Origin: an uncultured Candidatus Saccharibacteria bacterium
GTDB taxonomy: Bacteria > Patescibacteriota > Minisyncoccia > UBA11713 > 2-01-FULL-45-33
Assembly: GCA_964464405.1 (NCBI GenBank)
Contig: CAYXFX010000001.1
Location: 3,466 to 67,465, forward strand
DNA length: 64,000 nucleotides
Direction: 5' to 3'
Program-made: the position numbers and the translations under genes
In this document: positions 57,894-64,000 of the stretch, piece after piece
Numbering within the stretch: position 1 is the first letter of the stretch
Layout: each line of letters opens with the position of its first letter
The notes under the pieces: model-generated
The model's input: only the letters and a program-made list of their open reading frames with translations
Told to the model about the DNA's origin: nothing
Databases searched by the model: none

Positions 57894-58244
57894 TGGAAGT
57901 GGGCGGGATCGAACCGCCGTCGGAAAAGCGCAAGAATTGCGGTTTACAAGCTTATCCTGCAAAATGCAAGAAATTTTTGCTCCTTTTTCAAACATTGCCT
58001 CGGAGCTTTTAACAATGCGCGCCTCGCTGTATTACACCTCTTACCTCGTAGCGAGAATCGGAGAAGAGATGCCTACGCTAAATTTAAGCGTAAGAAGTTG
58101 CGAGCTGCATTGGCCTCAACGCATTCGCTACTTTTGAAAATAAGTTTGCACTTATTGGTTGTGCTGACAGTTTATGGAGATAACGGCACATACTCCGCCT
58201 GAGCGCAAAATCAGTTGCTTTTCCTCGAATCCTAATTCACCCCC
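57894..58244 (-). ncRNA. ssrA: tmRNA
   Basis: 5' GGGGGTGAATTAGGATTCGA, 3' GACGGCGGTTCGATCCCGCCCACTTCCA, resume context ATAAGT-GCA, tag ORF 58149-58084, directly downstream of smpB. Confidence 0.92.
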
Positions 58245-58249
58245 GTATA

Positions 58250-58696
58250 TTATATTTCTTTCAAAGTGCGTTCGATTTTTCTTTTGTCTTCCCGTTCTTT
58301 AATTCTTTCGCGTTTGTCGTGCTGTTTAAATTTCCTTGCAATTGCAATTTCGAGCTTTATTCTCGAACCCTTAGTATACACCCGAATTGGGAGGATTGTC
58401 AATCCTCGTATTGCCGCTTTTCCTATCAAATAATCAATTTCTTTTTTATGCAAAAGCAGTTTTCGATCTCTTGAAGGATCGTATTCTTTCGGAGTGTTTT
58501 TCGGCTGATACGGGGAGACGTTTGCTCCCACCAAATAAAATTCGCCGCGTCTCGGAAAAACATAAGAACCTTCCAAACTCATTTTATGAGTTTTTATTGC
58601 TTTTACTTCATGCCCAAAAAGCTCAAGCCCCGCTTCAAAGGTTTCGAGCCATTCAAATTCAAACTTTGCTTTTCTGTTTTCCGCTAAAACTGCCAT
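58250..58696 (-). CDS. smpB: SsrA-binding protein
   Basis: ENRKA, EAGLEL.G.EVKA, RKLLLHKKEI, DKRE. Confidence 0.97.
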   Translation of the reverse strand: MAVLAENRKAKFEFEWLETFEAGLELFGHEVKAIKTHKMSLEGSYVFPRRGEFYLVGANVSPYQPKNTPKEYDPSRDRKLLLHKKEIDYLIGKAAIRGLTILPIRVYTKGSRIKLEIAIARKFKQHDKRERIKEREDKRKIERTLKEI

Positions 58697-58776
58697 GCTC
58701 TTATTTTGACAAATTACTCCTAATCGCGCTAGCTTACACGCTTTTTTTATTCATTATTTTAAGCTAGAGTTAAGTT

Positions 58777-60306
58777 ATGCTCAGAGCACAAATTAGAGAG
58801 GAAATAGCAAAAATTGTCGGGGACGAAATTAAATTTTCTGTTGAAGCGTCAGACAATCCGGAGCATGGAGATTATTCTTCCAACGCTGCTTTAGTGATTG
58901 CGAAACAAGAAGGCAGAAATCCAAAAGAAGTTGCGGAAAAACTAAAAAATAGTTTACTTAGCAACCGAGTTGCTAAGTTGGTTGAAAGAATAGAAGTTGC
59001 TGGCCCAGGATTTTTGAATTTTTTTATCAGCTCCGCCAGCCTGAGGACCGCGCTGTTAGAAAAACTTTCGGATAAAAAATTTGGTCTCGCGTTTTCCGGT
59101 TCGCCGAAGCGGATCAATCTTGAATTTGTTTCCGCAAATCCGACCGGCCCTTTAACTATGGCAAATGGAAGGGGCGGTTTTTATGGAGATGTTTTGGCAA
59201 ACATTTTGGAAGCAGTTGGTCATAAGGTTACGCGCGAATACTATATCAACGATGCTGGCAATCAGGTGCGACTGTTGGGAGAATCAATTGAAGCGGCAGA
59301 AGGCAAGCGCGAGATGAAAGAAGAATATTATCAGGGTGAATACATTAAAGATCTTGCGGGGATGAGTTCCACAAAAGCAATTCAGAAATTGCTGAAAGAT
59401 ATAAAAATTTCTCTTAAGAAAGCAGGAATCAAATTTAATGTCTGGTTCTCGGAAGAAAAAAAGTTACGCAAAACAGGCGAATTTAAAAAAACTTTGCAGG
59501 AGTTTAAAAAAAAAGGACTAATTGAAAAAAGAGACGGGGCTGTTTGGTTTGGAGACAGGGTTTTAATAAAATCTGGCGGCGACCCCACTTACTTATTAGT
59601 AGATATAGCTTATCTCCACAATAAAATCATTACACGGAAATTTGATGAAGCGATAATTATTCTTGGTGCTGATCATCATGCTGAAGCGGAACAAGTTAAA
59701 AAGTGCGCTGTTGTTTTGGGAATACCGGAAGAAAAAGTAAAAATTTTTCTTCTGCAGCTCGTAAGGCTAGTGTCTCAGGGCAAAGAAGTGCGCATGTCTA
59801 AGCGTTCGGGAAAGTACGTAATGCTTGATGAGCTTTTGGAACAGGTCCCGGTGGATGTTGCAAGATGGTTTTTTTTAGAGCGTACACTGTCAACCCACAT
59901 GGATTTTGATCTGGACTTGGCAAAAGAGCGTTCCAAGAAAAATCCGGTATACTATGTGCAATACGCGCACGCAAGGGGCTGTTCAATTCTTAGCAAAGCG
60001 AAAATTCAAAAGTTAAAAGTAGATTTAAAGTTATTAAGCGAACCCGAAGAACTCGCGCTTATTAAAAAAATCTTGCAGATCCCCGAAATTATTGAAGATA
60101 TTTCAACTGATTATCAAGTAAACCGGCTTACTCGCTATACATATGAGCTTGCGCGAATGTTCACCAATTTTTATGAGAAGCATAAGATTATTAATGAAAA
60201 AAACCCAGAGTTAACCGGCGCGCGTCTTTTTTTGGTGAGTGCTGCCAAAGAAACGCTGGCTTTCACACTTTCTTTAATGGGTATTTCCGCTCCGAAAAAA
60301 ATGTAA
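58777..60306 (+). CDS. argS: Arginine--tRNA ligase
   Basis: HGDYSSN, AGPGFLNF, EFVSANPTGPL, GADH, MSKRSG, YVQYAHAR. Confidence 0.97.
   Translation: MLRAQIREEIAKIVGDEIKFSVEASDNPEHGDYSSNAALVIAKQEGRNPKEVAEKLKNSLLSNRVAKLVERIEVAGPGFLNFFISSASLRTALLEKLSDKKFGLAFSGSPKRINLEFVSANPTGPLTMANGRGGFYGDVLANILEAVGHKVTREYYINDAGNQVRLLGESIEAAEGKREMKEEYYQGEYIKDLAGMSSTKAIQKLLKDIKISLKKAGIKFNVWFSEEKKLRKTGEFKKTLQEFKKKGLIEKRDGAVWFGDRVLIKSGGDPTYLLVDIAYLHNKIITRKFDEAIIILGADHHAEAEQVKKCAVVLGIPEEKVKIFLLQLVRLVSQGKEVRMSKRSGKYVMLDELLEQVPVDVARWFFLERTLSTHMDFDLDLAKERSKKNPVYYVQYAHARGCSILSKAKIQKLKVDLKLLSEPEELALIKKILQIPEIIEDISTDYQVNRLTRYTYELARMFTNFYEKHKIINEKNPELTGARLFLVSAAKETLAFTLSLMGISAPKKM
58956..58978. repeat. Perfect palindrome inside argS
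   Basis: ACTTAGCAAC-CGA-GTTGCTAAGT encoding LSNRVAK. Confidence 0.7.
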
Positions 60307-60307
60307 T

Positions 60308-60844
60308 ATGCCGTTTTATTTTATAACCGGAAACAAAAATAAATTTGAGGAAATAAAAGCCGTTTTTCCTGCAATTGAAATGCTGGAGATAGACTTGCAC
60401 GAAATTCAGGAAATTGATCCGCACAAAATTATTGAGCATAAATTAACCGAAGCGTTGAAGCATCATTCAGGAGAATTTATTATTGAGGATACTTCATTAT
60501 ATTTGGAAGCGTTAAACGGTTTGCCCGGACCGCTAGTTAAATGGTTTTTAAAAACAATAGGCAATAGCGGACTTGCGGAAATTGCGGAAAAACTTAATAA
60601 CGGCAAAGCAGAAGCTAAAACAATAATCGGATATGCAAATGGAAAGGATATTCAATTTTTTGAAGGGCAGGTTGCGGGAACGATTGTTTTTCCGCGCGGA
60701 GAAACAGGCTTTGGATGGGATGTTATTTTTCAGCCCGAAGGGTACGCAAAAACTTTTGCAGAAATGAGCGAAGAAGAAAGAGCTGGCTTGAAAATGCGCC
60801 GAATCGCTGCGTTGAAACTCAAAGAATTTCTAAAGTCCTTTTAA
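60308..60844 (+). CDS. Non-canonical purine NTP pyrophosphatase (Ham1/ITPase)
   Basis: TGNKNK, EDTSL...ALNGLPGP, GFGWD.IF.P.G..KTFAEM. Confidence 0.92.
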   Translation: MPFYFITGNKNKFEEIKAVFPAIEMLEIDLHEIQEIDPHKIIEHKLTEALKHHSGEFIIEDTSLYLEALNGLPGPLVKWFLKTIGNSGLAEIAEKLNNGKAEAKTIIGYANGKDIQFFEGQVAGTIVFPRGETGFGWDVIFQPEGYAKTFAEMSEEERAGLKMRRIAALKLKEFLKSF

Positions 60845-60873
60845 AAAAGGGCTTTTTTTGTTATACTTTTTTT

Positions 60874-63800
60874 ATGTCGGCAAAGAAAAATGAAGAAAAA
60901 AACGAAAAAGAAGGGTCATCTTTTTCTTTTCCAAAAATGGAAGAGGAGATTTTGGAATTTTGGGAGGCAAATAAAATTTTTGAGAAGAGCGTTGAGCAAA
61001 GAAAAAAAGGACAGCCGTTTGTTTTTTATGAAGGGCCTCCTACTGCAAACAATATTCCTCATATGGGACATTTTGAAACGCGTGTTTTTAAAGACGTGAT
61101 TTTGAGATATAAAACAATGCGCGGTTTTTATGCGCCTCGACGCGCCGGGTGGGATACTCACGGTTTGCCGGTTGAAGTGGAAGTAGAAAAACGTTTGGGA
61201 ATAAAAAATAAAAAAGAAATCGAAGAATACGGAGTCGCGGAATTTAACAAAAAATGCAGAGAATCCGTTTGGCAGTACAAAGAACTTTGGGAGAAGATGA
61301 CTTCGCGTATGGGCTTCTGGATAGATATGGGCCGTCCGTACATTACTTATGAAAATTCTTACATTGAATCTCTTTGGGCGATCATCAAAAAGTTTTCAGA
61401 TAATAAATATTTGTACGAAGACTACAAGGTTGTTCCCTGGTGCGCAAGATGCGGAACGGCGCTTTCTTCGCACGAGGTAGCTCAAGGATATGAAAAAGTA
61501 AAAGAGGAGTCGGTTTATGTAAAATTTAAAGTGAAAGCGGAGGGGGATTGGGCAGGCACTTCTTTTTTGGTGTGGACTACTACGCCATGGACATTGCCAG
61601 GGAATGTTGCGCTTGCAGTAAATCCAAAAATCGAATATGTGGTTGTAGAAAAAGATGGAGAACGTCTGATTTTGGCGGAAGCAAGAGTTTCTGTTTTGGG
61701 AGAAGGTTGGAAATTGTTGAAAAAAATTAGTGGTAAGGAACTCGCCGGTCTTCAATACATACCACTTTATAAATCCGAGCTTGTTTCAGATAAATCTAAA
61801 AATATATATGTAGTTGTCGAGGGCGATTTTGTTTCCACTGAAGAAGGCACCGGAATAGTTCATATTGCACCAGCTTTCGGAGATGATGACTTTCAGATTT
61901 CAAAAAAGTATGACTTGCCTGTTTTGGTTTCGACGAACGAAAGAGGGCTCATGCAAACGCCTAAAACGCCTTGGGATGGAGAATGGTTCAAGAAAGCAGA
62001 TAAAAGGATAACCGAAGATTTAAAATCACGCAGGATTTTATTTAAATCAGAAATTTACGAGCACGATTACCCTTTTTGCTGGCGATGTAAAAATCCGTTA
62101 ATGTATTTTGCGCGGAAAGCATGGTGGATTGACGTAAATGCAGTCCGTGAAAAACTTTTGGAAAACAACGAGCAAATAAATTGGTTTCCGGATCATATTA
62201 AGCACGGGAGATTCGGAGAGTGGTTAAAGGAAAAAAAGAATTGGGCATTTTCCCGCGAACGATATTGGGGTACTCCTCTTCCTGTATGGAGATGCGATCC
62301 TCAAGCCGGAGGATGCGGGAAATTGGAAGTAATCGGTTCGATTGAAGAGTTAAGTACGCGCGCCGCAAGCTCCGGCAACCGCTACTTGATGATGCGTCAC
62401 GGAGAAAGCGAAAATAATGTTGCTAGAATTTTGAGTTCTAACATAGAAAAAGACAATTATGGCCTGACCTCAAATGGGAAAAAACAAGTCGAAAAAACCG
62501 CAAAGGAAATATTGAAAAAAAATATAAAAATTGACTTGATATTTACCTCTCCATTTTTAAGATCCAAGCAATCTGCCGACGAAATTGCGCGTATTTTAAA
62601 TATTGATGAGAGTAAAGTGGAAATTGATCCCAGATTTTCAGAAATAAATTTCGGAATTCTTTCCGATAGATCCTATTCGGAATACGATGAATTTTTTGAA
62701 ACGCCGGAAGATCAATTTTCTAAGGCACCTTCCGACGGCGAGACACTCGCGGATGTTAAAAAAAGAGTATATGCGGCCATTTTGGAAATTGAATCAAGAT
62801 ATAAAAATAAAAATATTTTAATTGTTGCGCACGAGGACTCTTTATGGATGCTATGGGCTTCTGTTTTGGGAAAGGACGAAAAAGAAACTCGAAAAGCAAA
62901 AGAAAATAACGGCGGAGATTATATAAAAAACGGGGAACTTATTGAACTTGACGCCGGAGGTTTATGTTTGCCTAAAGACGAGAAGTTTGTTTTGGATCTG
63001 CATAAGCCTTATATAGATAAAGTGACTCTTAAATGCGAGTGCGAGGGTGAGATGAAAAGAGTTCCCGAGGTGTGCGATGTCTGGTTTGATTCGGGTTCCA
63101 TGCCTTTTGCACAGATGCATTGGCCTTTCGATAACAATTTAGAATATCCCGCAGACTATATAGTAGAAGCTGTGGATCAGACGCGCGGGTGGTTTTATAA
63201 TCTTCTTTCGGTAGGAACACTTCTGGGATTTGATGCGCCGTATAAAAATGTAATTTCTTTGGGGCATGTTTTAGATTCAAATGGAAAAAAAATGTCTAAA
63301 TCTTTAGGCAACGTTGCTGATCCCATGATGCTAGTTGAAAAATATGGGGCGGATCCTGCGCGATGGTATTTTTTTACAATAAATCAGCCATGGGATTCAA
63401 AATTATTTAAAGAAGACGACATAAAAGACGCATCCCGCAGATTTTTTATGATTTTGTGGAATGTACTTAAGTTTTATAAAATGTATGAAAGCGTAAAAAA
63501 AAGCGCATCTGTTAAAGCGCCAAAATTCATTATTAATAAATGGGCGCTTATAAAACTTTCGGAAATTTCGGAATCTATTACAAAAAAATTAGATGCGTAC
63601 GACGTTGTGGGAGCTGCGCGCGATTTGGAAAATTTTGTTACGGAAGATATTTCCCGTTGGTATGTTCGGAGAATCAGGGATGTGATGAAAAACGAATCAG
63701 ATGATTCAAAAGAAACAGCGCAAGTTTTGATTCATTTGCTTTCAGAGATTTCTAAATTGCTGGCGCCATTTGCTCCTTTTATTTCGGAAAAAATTTGGCA

Positions 63801-64000
63801 GGAACTTGGCGGAAAGAAAAGCGTACATTTGGAGGATTGGCCGAACTTTGGTCTCGCGCCTTCCGTTTCGCTCGCGCTTAACCCTTCCTCGAAGACTCGG
63901 GGGGCTCCGACACGCGTACGCGAAAATGAAAGTGCTTGGCTTCTTCAAAACATGGAGATTGTGCGAAAGGTTGTTGGTTTGGCTTTGGAGGCGCGCCAAA
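60874..64000 (+). CDS. ileS: Isoleucine--tRNA ligase type 2 with inserted histidine-phosphatase domain (partial, runs off window)
   Basis: Hand translation: FYEGPPTAN..PHMGH, GWDTHGLPVE, WTTTPWTLP, SRERYWGTPLP, DQTRGWF, KMSKS; RHGE domain at ~62380-62950. Confidence 0.96.
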   Translation, partial: MSAKKNEEKNEKEGSSFSFPKMEEEILEFWEANKIFEKSVEQRKKGQPFVFYEGPPTANNIPHMGHFETRVFKDVILRYKTMRGFYAPRRAGWDTHGLPVEVEVEKRLGIKNKKEIEEYGVAEFNKKCRESVWQYKELWEKMTSRMGFWIDMGRPYITYENSYIESLWAIIKKFSDNKYLYEDYKVVPWCARCGTALSSHEVAQGYEKVKEESVYVKFKVKAEGDWAGTSFLVWTTTPWTLPGNVALAVNPKIEYVVVEKDGERLILAEARVSVLGEGWKLLKKISGKELAGLQYIPLYKSELVSDKSKNIYVVVEGDFVSTEEGTGIVHIAPAFGDDDFQISKKYDLPVLVSTNERGLMQTPKTPWDGEWFKKADKRITEDLKSRRILFKSEIYEHDYPFCWRCKNPLMYFARKAWWIDVNAVREKLLENNEQINWFPDHIKHGRFGEWLKEKKNWAFSRERYWGTPLPVWRCDPQAGGCGKLEVIGSIEELSTRAASSGNRYLMMRHGESENNVARILSSNIEKDNYGLTSNGKKQVEKTAKEILKKNIKIDLIFTSPFLRSKQSADEIARILNIDESKVEIDPRFSEINFGILSDRSYSEYDEFFETPEDQFSKAPSDGETLADVKKRVYAAILEIESRYKNKNILIVAHEDSLWMLWASVLGKDEKETRKAKENNGGDYIKNGELIELDAGGLCLPKDEKFVLDLHKPYIDKVTLKCECEGEMKRVPEVCDVWFDSGSMPFAQMHWPFDNNLEYPADYIVEAVDQTRGWFYNLLSVGTLLGFDAPYKNVISLGHVLDSNGKKMSKSLGNVADPMMLVEKYGADPARWYFFTINQPWDSKLFKEDDIKDASRRFFMILWNVLKFYKMYESVKKSASVKAPKFIINKWALIKLSEISESITKKLDAYDVVGAARDLENFVTEDISRWYVRRIRDVMKNESDDSKETAQVLIHLLSEISKLLAPFAPFISEKIWQELGGKKSVHLEDWPNFGLAPSVSLALNPSSKTRGAPTRVRENESAWLLQNMEIVRKVVGLALEARQ

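Noticed and set aside
57649-58202. ORFs 57649-57933, 57762-57995, 57798-58202 and 57820-58137 as genes
   Set aside because: They overlap tmRNA; only the GIY-YIG remnant from ATG 57780 and the tag peptide are supported.
60890-63999. Short ORFs in the last 3 kb, or an apparent gene desert
   Set aside because: The region is one open ileS frame from 60874 that lacks a stop within the window, so the ORF track missed it.
1-64000. Alternative genetic code 25 (TGA=Gly)
   Set aside because: mutM, rpsL and map end at TGA at their expected lengths and conserved genes are not interrupted.

Overview
Low-GC, A/T-run-rich bacterial DNA using genetic code 11. Gene content points to Candidate Phyla Radiation / Patescibacteria (Parcubacteria-like): the str-S10-spc ribosomal cluster lacks rpmD (L30), IleRS is type 2, most core genes lack a Shine-Dalgarno, and a split ComEC is present. 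The window holds tRNA-Arg(CCG), tRNA-Pro(GGG), tmRNA+smpB, rpsL..map, glycolytic genes (tpiA, pgk), nucleases/competence genes, transporters, PolX, infC-rpmI-rplT, argS and a 3'-truncated ileS (absent from the ORF track). Most notable non-routine signals: (1) a PaaX/Cas2-fold gene between fusA and tuf bracketed by two 38-bp palindromic direct repeats (36-bp GTTGCA...TGCAAC core) and preceded by an unannotated 51-aa very acidic ORF; (2) a collapsed diversity-generating retroelement (target-like gene, hairpin, inverted second target tip, RT C-terminal fragment); (3) an amino-acid dehydrogenase / MIO ammonia-lyase / acyl-CoA ligase / divergent sigma cluster beside ssrA; (4) palindromic or repeat elements read in frame inside mutM, map, comEC, polX, argS and ileS; (5) a GIY-YIG gene with 26-bp terminal inverted repeats abutting the rpsL start; (6) a histidine-phosphatase domain inside IleRS. 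All calls come from reading motifs by eye; no database searches were run.
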